DNA of 35,668 nucleotides from a virus: IMG/VR virus record IMGVR_UViG_3300045988_166040, positions 1 to 35,668 of that record; one strand, 5' to 3'. Shown piece by piece: positions 17,501 to 25,675 of this stretch (position 1 is its first letter; each line of letters starts with the position of its first letter). The notes under the pieces were generated by a model. It saw only the letters and a program-made list of their open reading frames with translations, ran no database searches and was not told where the DNA came from. The position numbers and the translations under genes were made by a program.

Positions 17501-20500
17501 ACCACCCTTGCTTTTATCTAAACTGTTTGTCAGGTGATCAGCTTCTATTACGTCGAACTTGCCGTTGGTTTGATGAACCACTCCAAAAGGCGTTACCTGA
17601 ATGTAGTTACCTTCAATTGCACCTGTTTTTGGGTTACGTACAAAACCACCGTCAATTGAATGTTCGCCAACCAGAGGGACGACCGCAACCCCGCCAGCAC
17701 TGTCAGGATTCTTGTAGGCCATAAATTCCTGGACCTCACCGTCTTGTTTAGCAGCCTTTAAGGCTTCCTGAATTATTTGATCTCTATTAACCTTGTCTAT
17801 CTTTTTGGTCTGACTTTTCCATATGTAAGCAGCTCGTGAGGTTGGCATCCAGTCGCCATATTCCCCATCATCACCAACATAGCGGCGTTCAAAGCTTACA
17901 AAATGTTTTTTACCGTCTCTAGTACGTTTGGTGTGTTGGCGATATTCATACATACCATCTCTAAACGCTCTATTCCAAGTGTCATTTATACCAGGCTTGG
18001 TCTGTTCATACAAGTTTCCCTTAGTTAGTAGGTGCTCTTCCTCCATTGGTACGTTCTTGAACCCTTGTGCTTGGTTTTGTTTTAATGGTTGAGATTCAAC
18101 AGTTTCATGCAGGCTTCTTCTGTCGGCTTGTGTTAAAGGATGTTGTGCACTAGGGGGTTTAGAGTCTGTAGAAGTTTCCTGTATTTTATGTGTAATAGAG
18201 TTTGGATCATTAGTATTCTCTGGTGTAACATTAATACCCAAGTTTCCATTTTCATCTTGAGAGTATTCAAAGGATACTGAATTAGTACCCCAAACATCTT
18301 GAACAGATGGACGAGGTTTATCATAGAAGGAGTCGTCTTCTTCTAATTTATAACGGTTAGCGTTATTGACATTTTGAGAAGTGTTTGGTATAGTAGAGCT
18401 GTTAACATCCCCTCCACTTAAGAGGTTTATCCTCTGAGGGGATGTTTCTTTTATAGACGATATATCGTATAGGGTTTTATTACCGTTGTTCCAGTTCTCT
18501 ATGTTAACCCTCACTGTAAATTGTCTATCACCAATCTTTACAGCAACATCACCGTATGTATACGAAGCAACGTTGGGTTTTTTTGCCTTCTTCAAATTAG
18601 GCGCGTGTTTAATACGTGTCATTGAACTCATCAATTCATCAATTTGATGCGCAGCGGTTGCCTTAGTCCTGTAATCCTCATGGCTCATAGTAGACTGCTG
18701 ATGAGATATTTCATTCTTACTTCGAGCTGTAACTTTTGCTACATCTCCAGTATCGCCAATTGGATAGGTATTGCCTTGAAATCTCTCCTTGATAACTTCA
18801 CGCACCTTACGAGGAATATTTCTTGCAGGTATTCCTTTGAGTGGATTCCCCTCAATTTCTACTAGCTTTCCATTTGGCGTTTCATGGATTTTATAAGCTG
18901 CCCCGCTCTCCAGTTGGTCAGCATTCCCTACTAACTGTTCGGAATTCCCGAACCGTTTATCCGCAAACTTCCCCGTCTCAAGTTGGGCGTAGAACTGCTT
19001 GATTTTATCAGCTTGACCAAAGAAATCTTTCAGCCCTTCAATAATCCTGTCAAACCAAGCTCGGATGGTAGGAGATAAGCCAACTTTATTAGCATAATAG
19101 TTAGCTTGCCCTTTTTGGTATCGGTCAAGATAGGTATTAAACTCATCAGCTAGTTTTTCTTCTAGTGCCAGGTCAACATCTTGTCTTTGGTTTATATCTA
19201 AGTTCCTGCCATTAACAGCATATTTGCCGTAGCCCTTCTGATTGTATTCAGTCAATACATTCTCTATGCCGTATCTATTCGCTACGTCTTTAAGTAGCTC
19301 GGGTTGGAGCTGGGCGTATTTATGAATAGTTTTATGCACCACTTCATGATTTAGGACATGATCAGCTAGCTTACCGATGTGTACTTCGTCAGTTTTTGGA
19401 TCGTAATATCCCTCAATATTACCCATATCCTGAATTGCTTCGGCAAAGGCGTCGAAGGCGATTTTGTTGTCACCAGTCAACTGGAAGTGGCGGGCTTTGA
19501 GTTTATCAATAGAGTTTTTAACCTCATCAGCTTTTTTAGCTAGCTTGTACCGCATATCTGAGTTGTCTGTTGGATTGAGATTATTGGTGTATTTGGTCTG
19601 GTTTGGACTAAAGGTGATCGCCATATCGTCCATAATCACACCATCTTTACCAGTGGTGTCTTTAATATCTTGAGCATATTTTTTCCATTGCCCATTGTCA
19701 GTAATATCCCACAATAAATCCATATCGTTATCGTACATATCATAATCTTCACGATATGCTGGCTCTCCATAGTTTATCCTTCTATGCAAGGCATCATACT
19801 GATCAAAGGAGATTGTCTTTTGTTTATTGCTAATTGGAGATGTAATATTTGCATACATCTCTTTTACGTTCTTACCGTAATTCTTGGCTGCGTCCCTATT
19901 AAACGCTAAATAGTTACCCTCACCCCACTTATTAGATGAGGTATTACTTGGATTGAATGCATCAAACTCCGCATTTGTGCCATGGTATACGGTCTTAAGA
20001 TTGCCATTTTCGTCTCGGATTTTAGAATCCTTAAAGAATGCCTCCTGTTCTGGGCTTAACTTATACTTTGTATCTGAGTTAACGGCGGTATCAACAAAAT
20101 CCCTAAAGGCCTCATGCACACGATCAGCTACGTCAGCAAATGTCCTAATCTCTGGATCAGATAGCGTAATATTCAAGTCTCCACTTCCGCTCGAGTATGC
20201 TTTATAGTGGTTAGCTATCCGGACCGTAAAATCATTATCGTTTGCGTCATCATAAAACGTAATGTAATTAGCCTCAGATGAGCGTGATGTACTATGCTCG
20301 ACCCTTATGTCATCGTTAAGTCCTGCAAGCTTCAATGCTTCATTCAAATCATCTGCAATTTTTTCTGATGCTATATCTATCAGCTGGTCAGTCTCAATGT
20401 CCGCATCCGTTGGTCTTTCATTGAATTCTCGATAATCGTCAAGGTTAATATCCTCACCACGGTAGACAGGACTTGGAGCACCTTGTGCTTTTTGCTCAAA

Positions 20501-22396
20501 CTCTTTTAATGTCTGTTCTTGGTTTTGTATCATACCTTCTATTTGCCGAGCAAAGTTTTCCTTTCCTTCTGCTCGTGCCTGTACGACATCCAGCCTGCGC
20601 TGCTCTATATCTTTCCTTAAGTACTCAGCAAGCTCTTTCGCTTTAGGGTCGGCAGGCGCAACATAATCTTGACTTAATCGGTAATCTATCGATGATTGTT
20701 GTGTGTTGTTAAGCTTATATCTCACATCCTGCGCCACCGTATTCTGTATGTTCTGGGTAGCTTGTTCGACGAGGTAGTTTTCTAGCTTACCAGTAGTTTG
20801 TTGGCGGGCGGCTATAGAGTTAGTATCGCCCCTTTGGATATCAGATATGTTTTGGCTAACAGCTTGCTTGAGCGCCGGTGAAGCGTTTGGCATTGTGGTT
20901 CGGATTGCTTGGTTAGTGTTTACTGATTGAATAGGATGGACTTTGTTATTCTGATTATTGGCAATATTAACTTCTGCCGCTTGGCGGATTGAGCTGTTTT
21001 CTGCTGGGCGTCTAAAGAATGATGAGTATCCCGTTTGCTGGTTATTTACAGGGTTTGTCGCTGTGTTTGTCGTAGTTTGAGTTTGCGTCTGCGATTGTTG
21101 CTGTGGCTGGATTGGCTGCTGAGATTGCTGCTTATTCTGTCTCTGCACCAAGGCTTCCTGTTCCAATCTGCCTGGTTTAGTAATATCTACATCATTATTG
21201 GTTGCCTGCTGGTTTGAAAAAACCTTATTCCTGGTCGCGTTAATTCCCTTGCCAGCAGTAGCCATCATACCACCACCCAGTGCTCCCAGCGCACCAGCAG
21301 AGGCGTGTTGTCGCCAATCGGTATTTAACTTGCCATCATCAGCCAAATCGCCAGCGAATGATTGTATCGTCTCCTCGGCACCTTCTTTTATAGCATCCGA
21401 GCCAATGTGCTTAGCTGTATCTATAACCTTTTGCTGCCAGGCTTGCTTGGCAATTTGTTTTGCTGACTGTTCAGCAGCTTCTTTACCTCCTTGTTTAAGG
21501 ACTGATTTAACTAACGTACCGCTACCGCCGAACGGAACACCAAATAAATCAATACCGCCATCAGCAGCAGAGCCGATACGCTGCAAGGCGTTTAGGTCTT
21601 CAACTTTTCCTTGGTCATTTACTCTAACACCGCTGATACCTGCTGATATCTTATTTGGAGCTTCCATAACACCCCGTGCCATACCAGATGGTAATTTAGC
21701 GCCAAAACGCAGGTAGTCCATAGGGTCGTCCCACTGGAAGCCTTGCTGCTTATCTCCTTTGTCTACCGTGTCCTCATATCTTTGAATAGCATCTGTAGCA
21801 GGTTTTATTACATTACTGAAGTTCTTTTGATTCTCTGCACCAAATAATCCATACTTGCCAAGCGGATTAAGATAGTCGAAGAATGTTGGTTGTGTTTTTG
21901 AAGTTTGTGGTTGCACCTGCGGTTTTTGTTGTTGCGGTTGGACCAGTTGCGGTTTAGGCTGCTGAACTGGCTGTTGTGGTTGGATTGGCTTATTAACCGC
22001 ATTCTGAACCTGTATTTGCTTATTCTGATTATTTGCCCAGTCTTGCTGCCCTTGCGAATTAAATACTTTTGGTGCATCATTTACTGTCACCTGTGGTTTC
22101 AACTGGTTATTTTGACTATTTAGATTTAATTGCTGTGTTGCTTGATTGGCTTGCTGGAGAGGATTAGAACTGGGGCTAGGATTGGCATTGGACCCATTTA
22201 AAAGGCGCTGGCGATTTTCGACGCCATTCATACCATAGCCAGCATTTAATACTCTATTCGTATTATTTAATTGCGGCTGTATATTATTTTGTTGCACTAC
22301 CTGCGGCTGAACTTGTTGCTCCTTGCGTCGCTTTTCATCATCATTTATCCAGCCTTTACCAGTGAAGAAGTTACCTAATCTCTGAAAAAAGTCCAT
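14534..22396 (-). CDS. Giant 2620-aa multidomain virion/effector ('polyvalent') protein
   Basis: Strong RBS GAGGAGGGG. Q/N/P-rich N-terminus. Gly-rich hydrophobic segment (aa 362-385). YHGT (aa 804-807) plus GEGNYLAFNRDAAKNY (aa 826-840) resemble the diphtheria toxin / exotoxin A H-Y-E ADP-ribosyltransferase signature. HEVVH at aa 1017-1021. Gly/Ser/Arg-rich C-terminus. Confidence 0.8.
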   Translation of the reverse strand: MDFFQRLGNFFTGKGWINDDEKRRKEQQVQPQVVQQNNIQPQLNNTNRVLNAGYGMNGVENRQRLLNGSNANPSPSSNPLQQANQATQQLNLNSQNNQLKPQVTVNDAPKVFNSQGQQDWANNQNKQIQVQNAVNKPIQPQQPVQQPKPQLVQPQQQKPQVQPQTSKTQPTFFDYLNPLGKYGLFGAENQKNFSNVIKPATDAIQRYEDTVDKGDKQQGFQWDDPMDYLRFGAKLPSGMARGVMEAPNKISAGISGVRVNDQGKVEDLNALQRIGSAADGGIDLFGVPFGGSGTLVKSVLKQGGKEAAEQSAKQIAKQAWQQKVIDTAKHIGSDAIKEGAEETIQSFAGDLADDGKLNTDWRQHASAGALGALGGGMMATAGKGINATRNKVFSNQQATNNDVDITKPGRLEQEALVQRQNKQQSQQPIQPQQQSQTQTQTTTNTATNPVNNQQTGYSSFFRRPAENSSIRQAAEVNIANNQNNKVHPIQSVNTNQAIRTTMPNASPALKQAVSQNISDIQRGDTNSIAARQQTTGKLENYLVEQATQNIQNTVAQDVRYKLNNTQQSSIDYRLSQDYVAPADPKAKELAEYLRKDIEQRRLDVVQARAEGKENFARQIEGMIQNQEQTLKEFEQKAQGAPSPVYRGEDINLDDYREFNERPTDADIETDQLIDIASEKIADDLNEALKLAGLNDDIRVEHSTSRSSEANYITFYDDANDNDFTVRIANHYKAYSSGSGDLNITLSDPEIRTFADVADRVHEAFRDFVDTAVNSDTKYKLSPEQEAFFKDSKIRDENGNLKTVYHGTNAEFDAFNPSNTSSNKWGEGNYLAFNRDAAKNYGKNVKEMYANITSPISNKQKTISFDQYDALHRRINYGEPAYREDYDMYDNDMDLLWDITDNGQWKKYAQDIKDTTGKDGVIMDDMAITFSPNQTKYTNNLNPTDNSDMRYKLAKKADEVKNSIDKLKARHFQLTGDNKIAFDAFAEAIQDMGNIEGYYDPKTDEVHIGKLADHVLNHEVVHKTIHKYAQLQPELLKDVANRYGIENVLTEYNQKGYGKYAVNGRNLDINQRQDVDLALEEKLADEFNTYLDRYQKGQANYYANKVGLSPTIRAWFDRIIEGLKDFFGQADKIKQFYAQLETGKFADKRFGNSEQLVGNADQLESGAAYKIHETPNGKLVEIEGNPLKGIPARNIPRKVREVIKERFQGNTYPIGDTGDVAKVTARSKNEISHQQSTMSHEDYRTKATAAHQIDELMSSMTRIKHAPNLKKAKKPNVASYTYGDVAVKIGDRQFTVRVNIENWNNGNKTLYDISSIKETSPQRINLLSGGDVNSSTIPNTSQNVNNANRYKLEEDDSFYDKPRPSVQDVWGTNSVSFEYSQDENGNLGINVTPENTNDPNSITHKIQETSTDSKPPSAQHPLTQADRRSLHETVESQPLKQNQAQGFKNVPMEEEHLLTKGNLYEQTKPGINDTWNRAFRDGMYEYRQHTKRTRDGKKHFVSFERRYVGDDGEYGDWMPTSRAAYIWKSQTKKIDKVNRDQIIQEALKAAKQDGEVQEFMAYKNPDSAGGVAVVPLVGEHSIDGGFVRNPKTGAIEGNYIQVTPFGVVHQTNGKFDVIEADHLTNSLDKSKGGITDTFNRLVEKNIQDKVGQRLLKDLYYQKTEAYANYADEIESLLGKHAALAKHIDKARPRFVSSKKFWEDIGAYTEGKFPVGSADENMNAAFSKKYGPQAAKRVREYDTFMRNNYDAMISNLNSVRRMYGKEEIPYLKNYMPHIQKRSNILGRAVDKLLAAVPTGVRGDMEGQARGEIPASIAGLSADFKPTHKFNANEKRRFGGMMSYEKDPRKAFEYYADVMLYNTHMEPVIARGRQIESSMRAIDMAKKSGTNIDPDSNLAKGDKISSKATIAVQNFVNEMAGKSSSLDRPYIDQTNKWVQSIQRLESVNGANKILGNLSSTLAQTLNLPETVRDNGLRNTGRAFLMAFQKDTKEAMRKSPFLRERYTDTDGKFTRSRYQKATDKISVVSGMNLVEKKFIQLNWAANYYSAQRKGLTGYQLIKAADQATERAVGGRGVGAMPQVYKSTLGKMFLQFTYETNESWKNNIANVKRFGSEIRQLQFKDAGGTATRAAEAFAVAYGMNMLMKLVTGNEPLANMYDAIKDVLSNDADDDGEDDKLGQKIARIGSEMSKMNPVTSAALNLIPKSEREKMFGKSSDLGRFDGATGVAQTAANILGAGFYATQGDSENTQKNLQGLIPVGNQIKKTMSGIKVLQDGGDVYTDKNGKEHTNFEVDSGNAWNQAKALLFGKNALRPDEKSASTSTAAGDDTGKTIKDFERGLKKGTYKIQDGLLVNKNGNVQRSYYKSLAEGQSVSDEAYSNWMKAYNIDGASTIKKEFSSSNDILNKLENGEKKVNKAKSAVDILMGKHKDLPDWVRERYYRESGYTKEQIEYGAMTTHKEVSLMDNYWRQKAQESSHEELMQALTNGRRKSITGQMFAKNGIINKLRAEGYITKWEAKALNAAQFDVDGNRITKEASGGSSWSGSGRSRGGHGGRSANSGVASIGIKAAVNISSSATKANQTSVQGMNINQIGQNLISKMNTQKQVNAALKQWKSPRIRVKKA

Positions 22397-22418
22397 ATCC
22401 TAATCCCCTCCTCGTTAT

Positions 22419-23606
22419 TTACAGATATTGGTTTTGACGTTTACGCTCTTCCTCTTGCTGGAGGCGTGTGTTGTAAATATTGAGCGTCGGGTCGCTACCT
22501 GGTGCTGCTGGATTAGATACACCAACCGATGTATCGCCTGCTACCTTGTAGCTGTCGAGGTCTTTTGCGTTGTACTGAACCTTATTACCAGTGTAGGTAT
22601 TCTGCTGACGTCCAAGGTTATCAATTTCACCTGACAGAGCATTTGCACGCCCAAGATCTGCACGTGCGGCATTAGCACCGTTCGCACCCTGTGCGGCAGC
22701 CTTTTGGCTCTTCATCTGAGCTAATTGTGTCAATAGATTCTGACGTGTAGTCTGTGACGCCTGGCGGGCTGCGCTATCTTCATTTGCCTTCCAGTCATTT
22801 AGTTTCTTATCCTCATCCGCATAGTCATTCTTAAACTGACCCCATGTGGTGTCGATTTGTCGCTGATTCTGAGCGTAGGTCTGACCAGCGCCGGCGCGCT
22901 CTTGGTTGGCTTGGTTCTGTACCGCACGTCCTGCTAGCTGCATGTCTGAGCCGACAGCACCCATACTACCAAGCGAACGAAGTAGTCCGCGTAATCCGAC
23001 AGAAGAGCGGTCATTGATATTATTGATGTTAGTACGTCGTTGTTGCTGGTTCTGGCGGGTCTGGTCGTTGAATTGACCTTCAGCACGGTTCCATGAACTG
23101 CGTAATTCATTTTTCTTGGTATTGTACTGGTTGTTAATATTACCCAAACGTACGCCTAATTGGTTATCTATACGCCCTAGCCCATGCTCAAGCTGACCAA
23201 TACCTTGGTCATATTCTGCTAACTGAGCAGCACTGGCGCGGTTGCCTCCGCCATAGTAGCCACCTCCACCACCTCCGCCATAGTAGCCGAGGGAGAGATT
23301 CTGATTAGCAAAGGCTTGACCATTATTCTGGTTATTTTTCCTCCAACTGTTATACGAGTCCTGCCACCACGGGTTGACTGAGCGATTGACCGTCGAAGCA
23401 TTATAACCATTTGACCGTTGTTCTCGTAAATGCGAACCAATACCTAAAAATCCCCCTTCTCGTCGTCCAGTTAAGAAATTACCATTGATACGCTGATCAT
23501 CACCGACCACATTCAAAAGTGCCTGAGCTTCGGCGCGTTTAGCAGCTGATGGATGGTTGTTGGCGTGGTATTGAAGATATTGACGGTACGATGCGTCTCC
23601 GTTCAT
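22419..23606 (-). CDS. Low-complexity N/Q-rich protein with GYYGGGGGGGYYGGG tract (internal virion protein candidate)
   Basis: 395-aa ORF. Its RBS AAGGAG lies in the 3' arm of a 10-bp hairpin. Confidence 0.55.
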   Translation of the reverse strand: MNGDASYRQYLQYHANNHPSAAKRAEAQALLNVVGDDQRINGNFLTGRREGGFLGIGSHLREQRSNGYNASTVNRSVNPWWQDSYNSWRKNNQNNGQAFANQNLSLGYYGGGGGGGYYGGGNRASAAQLAEYDQGIGQLEHGLGRIDNQLGVRLGNINNQYNTKKNELRSSWNRAEGQFNDQTRQNQQQRRTNINNINDRSSVGLRGLLRSLGSMGAVGSDMQLAGRAVQNQANQERAGAGQTYAQNQRQIDTTWGQFKNDYADEDKKLNDWKANEDSAARQASQTTRQNLLTQLAQMKSQKAAAQGANGANAARADLGRANALSGEIDNLGRQQNTYTGNKVQYNAKDLDSYKVAGDTSVGVSNPAAPGSDPTLNIYNTRLQQEEERKRQNQYL

Positions 23607-23611
23607 AAGAA

Positions 23612-23640
23612 AAATCTCCTTTCGTGAGATAAGGAGATTT
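23612..23640 (-). promoter_or_regulatory. Perfect 10-bp hairpin plus U-tract that sequesters the RBS of the 22419..23606 gene and may terminate the moron transcript
   Basis: aaatctcctt-tcgtgagat-aaggagattt; the 3' arm on the - strand contains AAGGAG, and ttctt follows. Confidence 0.55.
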
Positions 23641-23651
23641 GGGGTTTGTAC

Positions 23652-23680
23652 TATATACTAATTTTTATTTTGAAATACAA
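23652..23680 (-). promoter_or_regulatory. Candidate sigma70-type promoter (TTGTAT-17-TATATA) for the 22419..10846 gene block
   Basis: Read on the - strand: ttgtatttcaaaataaaaattagtatata. Confidence 0.35.
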
Positions 23681-24495
23681 AAATGCTGGACTACAACTGC
23701 TTTGTTCACGCCAATACCTGTTTTAGTATAAACTGGGTTCTGTATAGCCTTACGGTGAGGTTCTGAATTCATCCAACCATTCACCGTAGCTCGGCTAGAT
23801 ATTAAGTCGCTACCATCCAAAGACCAAGAGAGATTTTCGCTACCACTAGAACATGACTTAACCATCCATTGTTTCATATCCGCAGTGAGATTGCTCCCTA
23901 TTCCTGGTATCTCGTGCTGTCTATATCCTCGCATTATCATGTCATCAGCCTTGAGTTGTGCACTTTTCCGAACGTTCTCGTCCATGGATAGCGGTGCTAC
24001 ACCTAAACGTTGCCGCTCCTGATTTACTAGTTCCAGTATTTCTTGAGGATCAGCAGGACCGTTATCATACTTATCAAATGCTGGCTTGTATAGTTTCGGA
24101 TTATTTTCCCTTTCGCGCTTTTGCGCCTCAATAACTCCGGCGTTTGTCCTTGATTCCATGTTAAGAACAGCAGCTCCAAGAGATCCAAAACCAACAAACA
24201 GTATGAGTAAAATCGCCAACAGAGCTAGTCTAGCATCTCTGCCGCTTTTAGCTTTAAATAACTTAACCATGGCGATTACAAAAGCGGCTAGCCCAGAACA
24301 AAAGCCTAATACTGCAATAGCCACAAGGAATTCAGCTGGTATCTCAGGATTGATATGCAGCTCAGACATATACGCCCTTTGCCCCATGAAATATCCATCC
24401 AGTAGAATACAACCAACAGCGATTAAAGTGAACAAGACAGTAAAAGCCCAGGCTTTCTCGGACTTAACTTCAATCTTTTCAGGCTCTTTTTTCAT
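23665..24495 (-). CDS. Membrane-anchored CAP/SCP/YkwD-like domain protein (moron)
   Basis: Three N-terminal TM segments. The C-terminal ...GSENL..S......V.GWMNSEPHRKAIQNPVYTKTGIGV matches the YkwD/CAP signature. Confidence 0.6.
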   Translation of the reverse strand: MKKEPEKIEVKSEKAWAFTVLFTLIAVGCILLDGYFMGQRAYMSELHINPEIPAEFLVAIAVLGFCSGLAAFVIAMVKLFKAKSGRDARLALLAILLILFVGFGSLGAAVLNMESRTNAGVIEAQKRERENNPKLYKPAFDKYDNGPADPQEILELVNQERQRLGVAPLSMDENVRKSAQLKADDMIMRGYRQHEIPGIGSNLTADMKQWMVKSCSSGSENLSWSLDGSDLISSRATVNGWMNSEPHRKAIQNPVYTKTGIGVNKAVVVQHFCISK

Positions 24496-24530
24496 GCCTC
24501 CACACTAGCACAACAGGGGTAATTTGTCAA

Positions 24531-24905
24531 TTACCTACCGTGCCATGGTTCACATGCTATGCCATCACCATCTCGGTCAAGCTCTTCCCTATAGCCGGGT
24601 TCACCTTCTCGTATTGACTCAGCACCATTAGCACGTGCTTCAGAACAATTGGCGTAATACACGTCATTGTCATTGTCGTTGTCTTCATTTTCGTCTGTAT
24701 CACCAGGATCATAGTGTCTACTGCTAGGATTAGTGACTCCTGAAGGACTGCTCTTCCTACTTTGATTATGGTCTATTTGCTTACTATTGGAATTGTCATG
24801 GTGGGAGCTAAACGCATATATCCCCAGCAAAATTAGTCCTATCACAAATATGACCGTAAGTACCGCAAGTGTATTAATAACACCTTCTTTGACCCGCTCA
24901 CTCAT
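24531..24905 (-). CDS. Membrane-anchored Excalibur (Ca-binding) domain protein (moron)
   Basis: N-terminal TM, Ser/Asp-Asn-rich linker. C-terminal NCSEARANGAESIREGEPGYREELDRDGDGIACE is the Excalibur DxDxDG..CE motif. Confidence 0.65.
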   Translation of the reverse strand: MSERVKEGVINTLAVLTVIFVIGLILLGIYAFSSHHDNSNSKQIDHNQSRKSSPSGVTNPSSRHYDPGDTDENEDNDNDNDVYYANCSEARANGAESIREGEPGYREELDRDGDGIACEPWHGR

Positions 24906-25371
24906 ACAGCCACTCGCTTACTCCGCCGTGGTGTGAGCATGCTCCTCTGCCAGTAGCGCTGGATTGCCATCCGTCGCGGCAGATTGCTCCAACGCGGTAG
25001 TGTGATTGCTGTTGTACTGGTTGCGGTGCTGGCTTGGGCGTGCGGACAACAATATGAGTAGTTGGTTGAGTTAATATCTCTACCTTATCCTCGTATCCTG
25101 ATCTGCTTGGTTTGCAAATCTTTTTGCTTCCGGCGACGCCTTGCTGTTTTACTGTTTCTGTATAGCCATATTGACCCGTGTCGCCTTCATACTGTGTTTC
25201 AAACGGTATTTCTTCCGTTCTACAGTCTGAATAAGTTACAGGCTGGACTACTGGTGCCGGCGTTGCATGCTGTTGCTGACCGTTACTCATTGCTCCAGCA
25301 ATACCGGCTAATGCGGCAATACCAACAGCGGCGCCAATGACGCCTTTAACGATTTGTGGTTTACTTCCCAT
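24898..25371 (-). CDS. Membrane-anchored DUF3761-like protein (moron)
   Basis: N-terminal TM. C-terminal CRDGWQSSATGRGACSHHGGV matches the DUF3761 CSHHGG signature. Confidence 0.55.
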   Translation of the reverse strand: MGSKPQIVKGVIGAAVGIAALAGIAGAMSNGQQQHATPAPVVQPVTYSDCRTEEIPFETQYEGDTGQYGYTETVKQQGVAGSKKICKPSRSGYEDKVEILTQPTTHIVVRTPKPAPQPVQQQSHYRVGAICRDGWQSSATGRGACSHHGGVSEWLYE

Positions 25372-25675
25372 TGTGAGGCTCCTTTATTACTAAAATACCT
25401 TTAGGATACACCACAAACCCCAAATCTCCAAATTGTGAAACTACTATTAAATTGGATAAGAGTTCTCGTCTGTTGTCCGGTCACTCAGGGGGCCTATTCC
25501 TTTGCTCCGTACTGACTTGGGCGGTTTCGCATTTCTTTAGCGATCACCTCGGATTACTACTTATACAACGCTGCGACGCACGCTTCCTTCTTTTTTGGAT
25601 GACAACGCGCTCTCGTTTCTTTAGAGTCACACTTCGTGCTTAATTGTAAGGCTATTATAACATAAGCCAAACAAA
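25372..25675 (-). promoter_or_regulatory. Long (~300 nt) GC-richer leader of the moron cassette with an extended -10 promoter (TGtTATAAT) near 25650..25680
   Basis: Gene-free stretch between the head-operon terminator and the RBS AAAGGAG of the DUF3761 gene. Confidence 0.35.

Noticed and set aside
14713-22123. Several + strand ORFs (e.g. 15373..15711, 15765..16121, 21198..21716, 21905..22123) inside the giant gene
   Set aside because: They are antisense shadows of a continuous 7.8-kb - strand ORF, low-complexity, and lack RBSs.
14534-22396. Giant protein as a tail tape-measure protein
   Set aside because: 2620 aa would imply a ~390 nm tail. No major tail, chaperone or frameshift genes are present. 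The composition is Q-rich disordered plus enzyme-like motifs rather than tape-measure helical repeats.
24086-25340. + strand ORFs 24086..24508 and 25062..25340 opposite the moron genes
   Set aside because: Antisense to well-supported domain-containing genes, with no RBS.
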